Shown here piece by piece: positions 20,754 to 32,700 of a stretch of 64,000 nucleotides of DNA. Under the pieces are notes generated by a model. It was not told the origin of the DNA. It worked only from the letters and a program-made list of their open reading frames with translations, and made no database searches. A program made the translations under genes and the position numbers. Position 1 is the first letter of the stretch; each line of letters opens with the position of its first letter. Source of the stretch: an uncultured virus (IMG/VR IMGVR_UViG_3300032167_006623) (lineage: Duplodnaviria > Heunggongvirae > Uroviricota > Caudoviricetes); the IMG/VR virus record IMGVR_UViG_3300032167_006623; one strand, 5' to 3'.

Positions 20754-21521
20754 ATGAACACAACAACCTGTCTTAATGAAAATATGCTTACTCTTACAAA
20801 TGAAACAGGCTCTATCAGCATCGCAGCTGCTGATGTCGAAGCTATTGTCCGCGAAATGCGTACACTGACTGAATATCGCAGAGATATCGAAAAGTTCATC
20901 AGACGCACAATGAGGTTTGACCACGATTGTGACAAGATTTTCGCAGACACAGCTCTTATGGATGATATTATCAAGGCTTATGCTGAGGGTCGCAAGATTC
21001 AGGAAAATATGCCTTCAGATGAATATGAAGATAAGAACGAAACCATTGACGGCATTGTGATAGACGACGATTTTGCTGCAAGACTTGACGCATATGCTGT
21101 TCAGGACAAGGTCTTCATATACGATATTACACTCTCATTATACGAAGACGGCGAAGAAATCGAAAAGAGCAATCGTATGCTCGTAGCTCATGAAAAGCTT
21201 TCCGAAGACGCTGTTCGTGAACTCTTCGATACAGCTGATGAAATCTGTTCACAGGATTATCTCAAAGTCGATAACGATGAGCTTATTGAAAAGTACAGAG
21301 CTGAAGGCAGAGATAATATCGCCGATAACATCGAAGCTTATCTCACTACATATCTTCGTTATGACGCAGACGGCTTTGAAACAAGCGTTATTGCAGATGC
21401 AATCTCATTCTATCTTGATTGTGACTGCATTCCTAAGAATCTGTCACAGATGATTAACAATACATATGCTGAAGATGCTATGACCAAGATGGGTCATATC
21501 GACATCACAATCAGCAGGTAA
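20754..21521 (+). CDS. acidic hypothetical protein
   Basis: 255 aa; upstream and N-terminal sequence (caagaaaggatttatca..atgaacacaac) near-identical to that of 20220. Confidence 0.75.
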   Translation: MNTTTCLNENMLTLTNETGSISIAAADVEAIVREMRTLTEYRRDIEKFIRRTMRFDHDCDKIFADTALMDDIIKAYAEGRKIQENMPSDEYEDKNETIDGIVIDDDFAARLDAYAVQDKVFIYDITLSLYEDGEEIEKSNRMLVAHEKLSEDAVRELFDTADEICSQDYLKVDNDELIEKYRAEGRDNIADNIEAYLTTYLRYDADGFETSVIADAISFYLDCDCIPKNLSQMINNTYAEDAMTKMGHIDITISR

Positions 21522-21594
21522 CATGACAATCACACTTCCCTGTTTATACGGGGAAGTGTCTATTCTGATAATTCATAAAAGGAGTTAATTATAT

Positions 21595-22272
21595 ATGCTT
21601 AATGCTCAAACAGCTGTATACAAAGCATTCACAAAAGCAATCTGCGGAGACCCGCATAATAACGGTATTCCCGATGGCACAATCGTCACCGGACATTTGT
21701 ATCATGATGTAGGTGCTTATAAAATCAAAGTTTTTGACTTTGGCCGCAGTGATTACACTTCTTATGAAGTTGACCCGGATACGGTTGGTGTTTTCACAGG
21801 CTTACGTCTCGATAACGAACATGATGAATCCATGGTTTTTGTCAACGATGAGGTTCTGGACCTTTACAACGGCAATAGCGGCATTGTTATTTATGATGAA
21901 ACAAATTACTGCTTTGCTGTAAAAACAGTCAATAATGGCATAATTCCATTCACAAAATGGAACTGGCATGATACTCGTATAACAAGCTATAAGCCGACTG
22001 CATCTAAAAAAATCGACTTAGAAGATGTCAGCATTTTCGATGAACAGCTCAATCTGATTACACCTGTTGGTGCATTCAGAGCACATGCCTACAATGACGA
22101 TAATGAATATGTCGGTATTGATGTTGACTTTGTTCCTAACAACAATGAACCTGCGTCTACTGTCAAGTTTGAACTCGTTGGTGAAACAGGAAGACTTCGT
22201 GTTTTAATGTACGATAAAGACGATAATAATGAGGACTATGTTGCTGAATATTCATTTGGAATGTTCACTTGA
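21595..22272 (+). CDS. YopX-like domain protein, tandem paralog 1
   Basis: EVDPDTVG.FTGL...FVND.V motif resembles YopX; clearly similar to the next gene. Confidence 0.65.
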   Translation: MLNAQTAVYKAFTKAICGDPHNNGIPDGTIVTGHLYHDVGAYKIKVFDFGRSDYTSYEVDPDTVGVFTGLRLDNEHDESMVFVNDEVLDLYNGNSGIVIYDETNYCFAVKTVNNGIIPFTKWNWHDTRITSYKPTASKKIDLEDVSIFDEQLNLITPVGAFRAHAYNDDNEYVGIDVDFVPNNNEPASTVKFELVGETGRLRVLMYDKDDNNEDYVAEYSFGMFT

Positions 22273-22291
22273 CAGAAAGGATTGATGCAAT

Positions 22292-22972
22292 ATGTTTACA
22301 GCTTACGACGCTTTATACAAAGCTGAAACTAAGGTTATTCATGGAGATGCTCACACCAATAGTGCTGCTCCCGATGGTACTGTTGTTATTGGGTATTTAT
22401 ACTATGATGTAAATACTTACAAAATTAAAACCATCGATTGTGTTCGAGGTTTTGATATTTCTTATGAAATTGACCCCAATACTGTCGGTATGTACACAGG
22501 CTTACGACTTGATAATAAAATTGCCATGGGTGTAAATATATTTGTCAATGATGTAATTCTGGACGTTTGCAGCAATAAGAAAGCCATTGTTATATACGAT
22601 AACAAAAATTACAGCTTTGCTGTAAAAACAGATGATAATCAGATACTTCCCTTTACCGAATGGGATTGGCGAAACACTCGTGTAATAGACTACAAACCGT
22701 CAATACCTGAAAAATTCAGCTTAAAAAATGTTATTGTTCCTGATGAACGGCTCAATATGTCTACACCTGCCGGCGTATTCAAAGCACAGGCATATAAACA
22801 GATTTATGATAATAATTGTGAATATGCCGGTGTCAATGTTGAATTTGTTTCTGATTATATCACAAAACCCAATATTTCTGTAAAACTTGAGCTTGTCGGT
22901 GAAACAGAAAGAGTTCGGGTTTTGATATATGATGACAACAGCGGAAAGTGTACCAAAGAGCATATATTTTGA
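22292..22972 (+). CDS. YopX-like domain protein, tandem paralog 2
   Basis: EIDPNTVGMYTGL...IFVNDVI; ELVGET.R.RVL.YD shared with paralog 1. Confidence 0.65.
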   Translation: MFTAYDALYKAETKVIHGDAHTNSAAPDGTVVIGYLYYDVNTYKIKTIDCVRGFDISYEIDPNTVGMYTGLRLDNKIAMGVNIFVNDVILDVCSNKKAIVIYDNKNYSFAVKTDDNQILPFTEWDWRNTRVIDYKPSIPEKFSLKNVIVPDERLNMSTPAGVFKAQAYKQIYDNNCEYAGVNVEFVSDYITKPNISVKLELVGETERVRVLIYDDNSGKCTKEHIF

Positions 22973-22990
22973 CAGAAAGGTTGTTTTATA

Positions 22991-23209
22991 ATGCCCCGAC
23001 TTGAAAAAGAACGCTTCACCTGTGATATCTCATATGCTATCAAAAGCAAAGACGGCTTGTATTACTGCGGTTTAAAAGTTTGGGACAAGCAGGTTCGCAA
23101 AGCTAAGTTATACCATGATGCCAAACACGCAGAAAATGTTCAAAAGGAATATCCTGACATTGATACTATCATAGTAAAAGTTCGAACTGAAGAAATATTC
23201 GACGATTAA
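22991..23209 (+). CDS. hypothetical protein
   Basis: GAAAGG RBS, 72 aa. Confidence 0.6.
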   Translation: MPRLEKERFTCDISYAIKSKDGLYYCGLKVWDKQVRKAKLYHDAKHAENVQKEYPDIDTIIVKVRTEEIFDD

Positions 23210-23234
23210 TTACAACAAGAAAGGAATAAAAATT

Positions 23235-23675
23235 ATGACACTTATTGAAAAGATTACAAAGGAAATGGTCGCTTGTGAAAAGGAAATTGCTGAATGCGAC
23301 ACTAAAATCAAGATTGCTGAGACTGAACGCATCTGCTATAAGAACCAGCTTCAGATGCTCACAGAGCTTCTTGAAAAGGCTAAGAATGAAAATGCAGACA
23401 CAACTATCCCTGAGCAGAAGCCTGCAAAGCCTGCCCGCAAGAAGAAGCCTGCTTCCGATACAACTGATAATAACACAAATTCAACACCCGATGAACCAAC
23501 ACCTGCTGCACCTGCAACTATCTCAATGAAGACGCTTTCGGAAGAACTTGGTGTTACCACCACGGTCGTTGCTCAGACGTGTACAAATCTCGGTTACAAC
23601 GATGAAATGGCTAAGAACAACTATTTTCTAACAGCAGAACAGGCTGAAAAAGTAAGAAAGTTGCTGACAGTCTAA
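23235..23675 (+). CDS. coiled-coil + HTH-like protein
   Basis: N-terminal coiled coil, P/K/T-rich linker, C-terminal MKTLSEELGVTTTVV helix-turn-helix-like segment. Confidence 0.65.
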   Translation: MTLIEKITKEMVACEKEIAECDTKIKIAETERICYKNQLQMLTELLEKAKNENADTTIPEQKPAKPARKKKPASDTTDNNTNSTPDEPTPAAPATISMKTLSEELGVTTTVVAQTCTNLGYNDEMAKNNYFLTAEQAEKVRKLLTV

Positions 23676-23698
23676 AAAATATAAGGAGCTGATTGTTT

Positions 23699-23962
23699 AT
23701 GAATGAAAAGAAATCATCTTATAGAGGCAAGGCTTATTTCAGAGCAATGCGTCGAAATGCCATTGCTAAGAAAATGAGAAAATCTCATTATTATGCCTCT
23801 GACGGCTATTACGAACAGAAAAACAGATACAGCAAGAATAAAATCCATTGTTCCTGCCATTTGTGCAGTGCAAAATCCGCAGATGACCCTATGATTTCTG
23901 ACATTCGCAAGCTCACGGCTTACAATCAGCAGCTTATTGATTATCATAACGAAACTGCTTAA
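23699..23962 (+). CDS. small basic Cys-containing protein
   Basis: K.KIHCSC.LC motif; AAGGAG RBS. Confidence 0.6.
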   Translation: MNEKKSSYRGKAYFRAMRRNAIAKKMRKSHYYASDGYYEQKNRYSKNKIHCSCHLCSAKSADDPMISDIRKLTAYNQQLIDYHNETA

Positions 23963-23981
23963 TATTGCGGGGATTCTTACC

Positions 23982-24272
23982 ATGTTAAAACCTTCAAACA
24001 AGCTCTATTCACCTGCAGATATGACCAAAATCATCAAAAATGAAGTCAATTTTGCAAAGCTTCGTAAAAATATGGGTATTTTTGAATTTCATATCCAAGG
24101 TCATAAAAGTCTTGGAATAAGCTATGAATGTCTCGATGAAGAGCCCGAAGCTTATATTTACAACATTTTTGTAAACTCCGAATATATCAATATATCCGGT
24201 TATGGCACAAGAAATGACCCATTTCCTATCAAAACCATGAGTGAACTCGCTTGTATATGGAATAAACTTTAA
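23982..24272 (+). CDS. hypothetical protein
   Basis: Internal ATG (MLKPSNK) of the 23937 ORF. Confidence 0.5.
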   Translation: MLKPSNKLYSPADMTKIIKNEVNFAKLRKNMGIFEFHIQGHKSLGISYECLDEEPEAYIYNIFVNSEYINISGYGTRNDPFPIKTMSELACIWNKL

Positions 24273-24296
24273 TCGAAATCGAAAGGATAACATTTT

Positions 24297-24653
24297 ATGG
24301 TCGAATATCTTTCTACGTATACTTATCTGCTCAAAGTCACCTTTTGTGTAGACACCGCTGTTCACGTTAATATTCACACCAAGAGTATTAACACAGACTT
24401 ATACAAGCTTACAACTCATGAACCTATTTCTGCAGAAAAAATGACTGAAATCTTTGAAACAGTCAATAAACTGCTTAATGAAAATGATGCAAATACAGAG
24501 TTTCCTGTTTCATATGATAACGGTATGAATATTGATACCCTTATGGAAGGCATTCGCCTTTATACCAAGGGTGAAGTGACTCTGATGAAACATGATTGTA
24601 AAGAGTTGAATTTCGATAATTACTATGTTATCGAACAATGGCTGCAAATTTAA
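24297..24653 (+). CDS. hypothetical protein, tandem paralog 1
   Basis: MVEY...YTYLL...FPVSY.NG.NIDTLMEG...DNYYVIEQW shared with the next gene. Confidence 0.75.
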   Translation: MVEYLSTYTYLLKVTFCVDTAVHVNIHTKSINTDLYKLTTHEPISAEKMTEIFETVNKLLNENDANTEFPVSYDNGMNIDTLMEGIRLYTKGEVTLMKHDCKELNFDNYYVIEQWLQI

Positions 24654-24681
24654 AATACTGAAATCGAAAGGATAACATTTT

Positions 24682-25026
24682 ATGGTCGAATATATTAACA
24701 AATACACTTATCTGCTCAATGTCACATTCTATGCAGGCAGCGATGACCCCGAAGACGTTGATAAAAGAATCTGTTTATTGACTGTTGATAGAAGCATTTC
24801 TGAAGAAGAAATGACTGAAATTTTCAAGAAAGTAAACAGTCTTCTTGATACATTTAATGAAGATGATGAAGCTGCTGACTTCCCTGTTTCATACGAAAAT
24901 GGACTCAACATCGATACTCTCATGGAAGGTGTAGAAGCTTACACCAAGGGTTCAGTAAAGCCTGTTATCAAAAACTGCGGTGAACTGACTGTCGATAACT
25001 ATTATGTCATCGAACAGTGGCAGTAA
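24682..25026 (+). CDS. hypothetical protein, tandem paralog 2
   Basis: Same motifs; identical 34-nt RBS/start region. Confidence 0.75.
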   Translation: MVEYINKYTYLLNVTFYAGSDDPEDVDKRICLLTVDRSISEEEMTEIFKKVNSLLDTFNEDDEAADFPVSYENGLNIDTLMEGVEAYTKGSVKPVIKNCGELTVDNYYVIEQWQ

Positions 25027-25204
25027 TTCTGTGATTTACTGCCAAAATCTCAAAACATTCTGAAAAATGAGATAAAAATACAAAACTATGTCTTGATATT
25101 TTTCTGAAAATATGGTACAATAATTGCAAGGCTTCAGCTCAACATAATACACGACAAAAAAGCTGTTACAAACAGCTTCGTGACCACGAAAGGATTGACT
25201 TGCA

Positions 25205-25489
25205 ATGAAAATTACAGACATTAAAATCAGAAAAATCTACAAAGAAGGAATTGTAAGAGCTATAATGTCAGTCACACTTGACGACAGCATCGCTCTTCAC
25301 GATATAAAAATCCTTCAGCTCGAAAACCGCCTTTGTGTCGGTATGCCGAGCAAAAAGACGGAGAGCGGTTTTCGTGATATAATTCATCCTATCGACCATA
25401 AAACCAGACAGTATATGGAAGATGTTCTGATAAAAGCATATCACAACCATATCGAATTGTTTAAAAATAACACTCCGCCTGAATATTAA
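25205..25489 (+). CDS. spoVG: SpoVG-family nucleic acid-binding protein
   Basis: MKITDIKIRK...A..SVT.D....HDIK......L.V.MPS.K...FRDI.HPI. Confidence 0.9.
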   Translation: MKITDIKIRKIYKEGIVRAIMSVTLDDSIALHDIKILQLENRLCVGMPSKKTESGFRDIIHPIDHKTRQYMEDVLIKAYHNHIELFKNNTPPEY

Positions 25490-25558
25490 TAAAAAAAATC
25501 ATATCAACAATCAGCTGCTCCAAGTAGCTGATTGTTTTATTATGAGAAAGGACTTTTT

Positions 25559-25999
25559 ATGAGTTATTCTACATCCGTTATTCACGGCTATGGCATCAAA
25601 ATAAGTGAAATCATAGAATTTATCGAACTCGATAGCATTCTTGATTATCTCGAAACCCATCCTGATGACAAGCCTCTTTTTGAACGCTTTATTCCTGAAA
25701 ATACTGACATAACCAATGATGAATGGCTGGAATGGCTTACAAGCAGCGGTGATGACGAATTTTATGAAGAATTTGCCGAATTTTTCAATGATGCAAGCAA
25801 ATCAAAGTCTTTTGACGCAATCAATGATTACGACGGCAACTGGTTCATTTATATTCCACCTTACTATCCGTGGACAGAACGTCCTTCTTTTTCACAGGCT
25901 TATGTCGATGCTCTCTTCACTGATTACATACCTGCTTTCACAGGTCTTAGTTTTTCAGCCAAAAATGTTGATTATCTCGAAATACACAGAGAGGAATGA
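25559..25999 (+). CDS. acidic hypothetical protein
   Basis: GAAAGGA RBS before MSYSTS. Confidence 0.65.
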   Translation: MSYSTSVIHGYGIKISEIIEFIELDSILDYLETHPDDKPLFERFIPENTDITNDEWLEWLTSSGDDEFYEEFAEFFNDASKSKSFDAINDYDGNWFIYIPPYYPWTERPSFSQAYVDALFTDYIPAFTGLSFSAKNVDYLEIHREE

Positions 26000-26394
26000 T
26001 TGAGGCTATGACCAATATTCATATTTCAAAAGGTATGAATATGCCTTTTGAAGCTAATTCAGTTATCTATTCAGTGTACAAATGCGATGCAAATATCCGT
26101 CTTTCAAAAATACCGGCTATGTTATTAACAGACTACGACGGAAAAGATGTATACAGACTTGATGCTCCGTATTTTACAGATGCTTTATCAAGTACAACAC
26201 GTTTAACACAGTCATATCTGCGGCATGAAATGAAATTAAAACACGGAACTGTTTACTATACACCTGATAAAACAGAAGCCGAAACATATGCCCGAAATTT
26301 GCGAAATAAAATGATTGACGAGAAAAAAAAGACGATAGAACAGATTAAGGCTGATTTATCGGTTTTACTTAAAACCAAAACCAAATTTGAATAA
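25996..26394 (+). CDS. hypothetical protein
   Basis: ATGA overlap with the upstream gene. Confidence 0.6.
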   Translation: MIEAMTNIHISKGMNMPFEANSVIYSVYKCDANIRLSKIPAMLLTDYDGKDVYRLDAPYFTDALSSTTRLTQSYLRHEMKLKHGTVYYTPDKTEAETYARNLRNKMIDEKKKTIEQIKADLSVLLKTKTKFE

Positions 26395-26400
26395 CAACAA

Positions 26401-26440
26401 AATACCTCGGTGCGACGCACCGAGGTATTATTTTTTTTAT
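26401..26440. terminator. bidirectional terminator
   Basis: AATACCTCGGTGC-GAC-GCACCGAGGTATT perfect stem with T/A runs between convergent blocks. Confidence 0.8.
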
Positions 26441-26733
26441 TTACTGAGTTCAATATCATCTTTTCGTTTTTCATAACTGCCGCCATTTATATTATCGAAT
26501 CTGCTTTTTTGCTTTTTTTGTACAGGCTCAGGTTTCTCAATTTTTTCTTCTTCCTGTACCTTTCGACCTATCATAGCATTATCAGGCTGTTCTTTTTGAA
26601 CATCCCTGTCTGCAAAATCGTAATTGATATGTAATGGTCGTTCAGGTCTGTTACGAATTTTTTTACTATCCTCAGTTTTTATCGTCTTACCTGCCTGAAC
26701 AGACTTGACAGCGTCTTTTGAAAAATCAATCAT
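26437..26733 (-). CDS. small hydrophilic hypothetical protein
   Basis: GAGGTG RBS before MIDFSK; downstream of the polymerase gene. Confidence 0.6.
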   Translation of the reverse strand: MIDFSKDAVKSVQAGKTIKTEDSKKIRNRPERPLHINYDFADRDVQKEQPDNAMIGRKVQEEEKIEKPEPVQKKQKSRFDNINGGSYEKRKDDIELSK

Positions 26734-26788
26734 AATACACCTCAATGTTACAGCAGAGAAGACATATATCTTCCCTGCTGTATATCAT

Positions 26789-29700
26789 TTACTTTTTAGC
26801 GATATTATCCTGCTCTGCCTGTGCAGCTTTAATCTTACTTGCATCTTCTTCGGACATAAGATTGTGAATAGCATCATTAAGACGCTGCGATGAAGAAACA
26901 GGAGTCTGAGTTACGGATACATTTGCGTTCTGCTGTTCAATTATATTGAACGCATTACGACAAGCGATACGCTCTCTGAATGCCGCAGGATTTTCAGCAA
27001 TAGCCTGCTGTTTTTCATTAGCAGACAAACCTGCCAACTGAGCGTCCTGCTTTTTAAGTCTTTCATGGAACAATTCTTCATTTGCTGTTCCAAAAACAGG
27101 CTGTGCTGTATCTTTACGATTACTGTAAGCCGAAGCAACTGACATTGCTACCTTTTTGTACTCTTCATCAGACAATCTGTCCAAAGACGGAACGTTTCTT
27201 TCAACATCTATAAACTTCTTTATAGTGCGAAGCTCTTTGAACGCATTTGGATTTTCACTTTCATATTCCATCACACGTTCCTTACTGCCCAATTCCTTAT
27301 ACTGTGCAAGCTGCGTTGCATACAGATGAACAGCTTCAGCCTCAATGCTTGAACAATTATCTTTGCTGATTGTTCCATCCACCTTTTTCTTAGCAACAGC
27401 TCTCATTACATCAAGCTGTTCTTCAACACTCAAATCAGCGTAAGTTCTTGCAGGTGCATTATTGCTTTGATTCAGCTGTACGTTTTCAGTCACATCATAA
27501 TCAGGCTTGTTATTAACAGTAATATCATCGATTGAATAATCATCTTCAACCTTGATATGTACAGTACCCTGCTTCATAACCTCATCCACAACATCTACTG
27601 ACGGTCTGTCAACAACACCGTCTTTACACCTTGTATCTTTGGCAGCAAAGCCTTTAAACTGAGGTACATATGTGGGGTCCGCCATCGACGCGTTAAGCTC
27701 ACGAATATTATCATTGACTACCTTAGGTGCAATATAACTGTTTGTTTTACCTTCAAACAGATTTGCATTTTTATCAGCATACTCAATAAGAGTATCAAAG
27801 TTGCCCTCATAAGCAAGACGAGTCAATGCGGTTTCAGTTTCAAGAACCTTCTTGGTTTTCGTATCAAAACCTTCGATGTATTCCTTACCGTTAGGTGCTT
27901 TCACTGTCATTATCTCAGCCATTGTGTTTACATGTTCAGGATTTGGCGTGCCTACATTAAGACCATCCTTAGCCTCATAGAAGTCTTTCATCATCTTCTT
28001 CCACTCAGCAGGACTTGCAGGCTGAGGCTCATAACGACCGTTTTCAGGGTTTCGTTCAGTCAATACCTGCCACTTCAGCTCGCCTGTATCATTATCAGGC
28101 ACTCTGCCGATTTTATGACCTGCCCAAAGAGCAGGGGCAACTTCCTGAATCATCGAAATCTTGTGAAGAATCTCAGGACCTGTATCATGCTTAAGCTGCA
28201 TTACTGACTGTGTAACAGGATGAGTAAGAGCAGTTGCAGCCGCTGATGCAGAGAACGTACCGTTAGCTCCCATTTCATTGGATTTCTGTCTTACAGCATT
28301 TATGATAGGCAATGCATTCTCATTTACAACACGCTTAGTCTTGCCGTTTTCATCGGTTACGGTCTTGAAATAATCCTCTTTTTCATATGTGGGTTTACCC
28401 TGATTATCTCTGATGACCTCACCTTTTTCATCACGGGCAACAACAGGCTCCCATGAATTGATTGTCTTGGTCACAGTATTACCTGTGCGTTTACCGTCAA
28501 TAATTTCATCAACCTGAATATCCTTCTGTTTAGGCTGAACCTTGTAGCCATGCTCAATGAGCGTCATGACATTATTCAAATCTTTACGTTCTGCAAAGTC
28601 GAATTTTTCTTTGGATGTCTTAGGCTCATAGTTCAAAGCAAGCATCTCAGCATGCTGTGAAAATTTACCTGCAACACCTGTCAGAACAGCCTTTGCATGA
28701 CCTGCAGCCATAGACGCCTGTCTTGCTTCAGGAGTTGCGTATGACTCAGCATCCTTAAAGCTGACGATTTTGTTATTTTCATCAACCTCAAATTCACAGC
28801 CAAAATAAGGTGCATAGCCTTTCTTCAGCTTATCAATGCTGCCCTTAGCACCCTCTTCTGTCATTGAGAACAACGACTCAATGTGCTTCTGCGGATTTTC
28901 ATAAGAAATAACATCGTGACCGAAAGCTTCTCTGTGAGCATCATGCATAGCTGCATTATACATCTCAAAGGCTCTGTAATTGCCTGAACCCGGAGTAACA
29001 CGCTTATCACCAAGCATATCAGCCAAATTCATAAGCTTTTCAGCCTCTTCCATGCGAACCTTTACATCGCCGCCTTTTTCAGCGTCACGATATACACCTG
29101 CCGCAACGTCGAGACCATCCTGAAAATAAGGCTTACGTTCGCCGGGATTACCCATTTCATTGTTAAGAATCTGAGCCCAATGACTGAGCTTTTCTTTACA
29201 ATCACGAATGGCTGCCTTGCCCTTAGGCTTATAAAAGCCCATACTGTCACCATCGAAGTCACCTTCAAATGAAGTTGCCGCAGATGGATTAATCTGAATA
29301 CCCACAAGTCCGTTATTTGGATTATTGGGGTCATAGCCCGGATGACCCGGTCTGTCTTCAACGATATTTACAATAAAGGAACGTTCACCGCCGCCTGACA
29401 GCAATGGGTCTCTCCAACCCACAACAATCTTGTCATCAAGCTTGGCATTTTTATTAAATTCCTCGATATTCGTGTTTTCCTTAACAAGACCCAAACCGAT
29501 AGCCATCTTAACACTCATTCGAACTTCATTCAAATCAAGCGTTGGGTCAGGAGAAATAACGGCTGTACTTGTTCCCTTGAGTTCTTTACGCATAACGTCA
29601 TCTTTCCAGACATTATGCTTACCTGTAAACTGACGTTCCTTGATGTCATCAGCAATAGCATCATATGCTTTCTGAGCACTCGCCTGAGCTTTATTCATTT

Positions 29701-32700
29701 TATCCTGCAATGCACTCTGAGACAAAACTCTGTCTTCGCCTCTGTACATATAATGATAATTGCCATCTTCAGGATTTGCATGATTTGCTTTATCCTCGTT
29801 TTTAAGATATTCAATCGACTGATTAAATATCTCGTTATAACGAGCAGTATAATCATGGGATATGAGCTGATTATCGACAGTTTCTCGTCCACTTCTGAAT
29901 TTACCCGAAAGAACAGGAAGTCGATACTCACCCGTACCATTACCGTTTTCATCAAGAATTTCAGGTGTCATATCACCTGTTGCCATCTTGATTGGGAATG
30001 GTATCTTCATAAATCCACCGTCTTCGCCCAAAGACTCGGTAAAGCGGTCTTTTATCTCCTTGACACCGACACTGCCGGGAACCTCGCTTGAACGACAATC
30101 GTTATATATGCCGCGTACTGAAATATTATTACGTTCCTCATAAATAGGCTGATTATTATCATCAACGCCTATCTGATGAGGCTTATAGCCTCTGTGAAGC
30201 TTACCTGTTTCGTCAACATCAAGACCAACAGCAAGCATCATTTCACGAGCTTTTACAAGCGGACTTTCGTTATTACCGTAAATTTCACGAATAACACCGC
30301 TTGCATTCATTTCAGCAAGTCCCCAGACCATCTGACCTGAAGCCTTACGTCCACCGCTTGTCTCACCCAAATCGAAGCCGTCATTTTCCTGCCGCTTTTC
30401 AGCTTCTTCATTCATAGCTTCTTTTACACGACTTTCACTGCCGTAAATATGAGTTTTGACATCAACAGGCATATCAGTTACAATAATTTTAGCATAGCCA
30501 ATGCTGCCTGCATGAACTTTTCCATCTACGATAAGGTCAGTAGGCATTCCGCAAGCCTTTGCCTTTTCCTGACTCGCAATCATTTCACGAGAAGTACCAC
30601 CATTAAATCTTGACGGAGCTGTATAAGGTGCGCCTACTATGTCCAAAGATGGATTATCTTTAAACAATTCGATAATCTTTCTCTGCTGTTCAAGAGCATC
30701 ATTCTTCTTTTCGATAGCCTTGATTTCTTCAACGCTCATACCCTCAGCTATAGGCTGTGGTTCATAATAACTCATGTCAGCATTTCGGTCTGCAATGAAT
30801 GAAATAACACCCTTGTTACCTGAATGGTCGCAGATTTTATCGCCGATTTTAAGCGGACGAAGATTGCCGTCATCACCGCGAATCATACAAGAATCAGCAA
30901 AATCCTTTGATACAACAAATGCGTCATCCTGCGTATAACCGCCAAGTGACATATGAGCCATACCAACACCAATAGGCTCAATCTCTTCACCTTCCGGATT
31001 GACTGTGCGACCAATAGCTGTTGAACTCTGATTCATAGCATTTACAAATGCCATCAAAACACGGTCGTTCGGGTTATTACCCTCTCTTGTATATTTAAAA
31101 TTATCATGATTTATGAGATTACAATACTCACTGTCGCCCTTATTGATAGTGCCGTCGGGGTTGACAGTAGCACCGTCAACAAGATATCTTACAAGACCCT
31201 GATTAGTACCCGTACTTGTGGCATATGGGTCAAAAACATTCTTAGACAAGCTATGGTCCATAAGAGCAATGTTTGCACCCACGTCATCAAGATAAACGTC
31301 ATGTCCCCTCATTGCCTTATCTTTTTTGAGTTCAGCCTTCTGTACAGCAAGTATGTTTGTATCACTGCCGTAATGCTTATCATACTTGACACGCTGCAAT
31401 GATGTCTTGTTAATAGCCTCGATTACGTCATCAGGAGTTCCTGTTTCACGCATTTTATCTATGAAATCAAGACTCTTTTTATCGCCATACAAATGATGAT
31501 ACACACCATTGAGACCTGCCGTATTATCGTAATATCCATCAACACCTTCAGATGCAAGGTCATGCCTGATTGTAGCTTTTATCTTATCAGACATTATCTG
31601 AGGATAACCTCTCAAACGAGTACGCTCGATATAACTCTGACCCTCAGTACCTTTTTCTTCAGATGGCGGCTCAACATATGCCGTATAACCGGGTGCAATA
31701 TAATAATTTTCATCCGAATTGAAATTTGTACGCAGAAATCCCTTTGTAAGGTTACGTTCACCTGTCGGATTACCATTTTCGTCAAGAACATAATCATTGG
31801 TTTCAGGCTCAAATACCTGACCAATATCTCCGACTACATCTGTCCATTCAGGTTTACTCTTACCTGAGAAAGTACCCTGTGTACGACCGCCTTCATAATG
31901 AATTACGCCATTTTCATCAACATGGATACTTTTTACCTGAACACCCATACCTTCAAGTCCATCGTATACAGACTTACCCATCTCTTTCCAGAATGGTGAC
32001 ATTTTATCTGCATCGGGTCCGTTCGGGTTGATATCCATAGGATATGTTTTACCGCCGATTGTCGTAGGATTCGGGTTATATGCAACCATACGCTCCTTGA
32101 AATAATTAGAAGCAAAGTCATCACCCTCGATATCATAAGACGGATTATCACTATTGTTTATTTTCTTGAGTGCAGAAAGCAAATTAGCCTCGTTTGTAAG
32201 CAAACCCTTACTTTCATCCATATATGACGCTACGGCTACAGGATTTATGGTCTTTAAAGACTGATTGCCAAACATCTCAGAAACCTGATTTCTGGTAGCC
32301 TCATCCTGTACAAACTTAGCATTATCGATAGCAGCCGCATCCGGATATGCCGCTTTATCTGAATAAATTTCCTTTCGTGTGTCGTAATATGCTTTTTGCA
32401 TATCAGCGATACGAGGGTCGCCTGAAAACTCAGGCTCACCTTCAAATTCACCTGCAACAGACAGCTGAGCAAGAACATCAACAGCCTCAAGCTTCAGCCT
32501 TGATGTAAATGCAGCTTCCGCATTTTCCATGCTGTTTTTAACATAAAGCTCTGCATAATCAAGACCATTTTCTGTATCAAATCGCATAACCGTAGACTTA
32601 CGTTCATCGGTAGCTTTTATATAAATATTATTTGATACATTCCTTGTTCCAATCTTACTTGGAGTTCTTGTTTCATACAATGCCGAAAAACCGCCATTTG

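Noticed and set aside
26410..26418. GTGCGACGC identical to the intron 1 start
   Set aside because: It is the apex of a bidirectional terminator; no DV was seen downstream on that strand.
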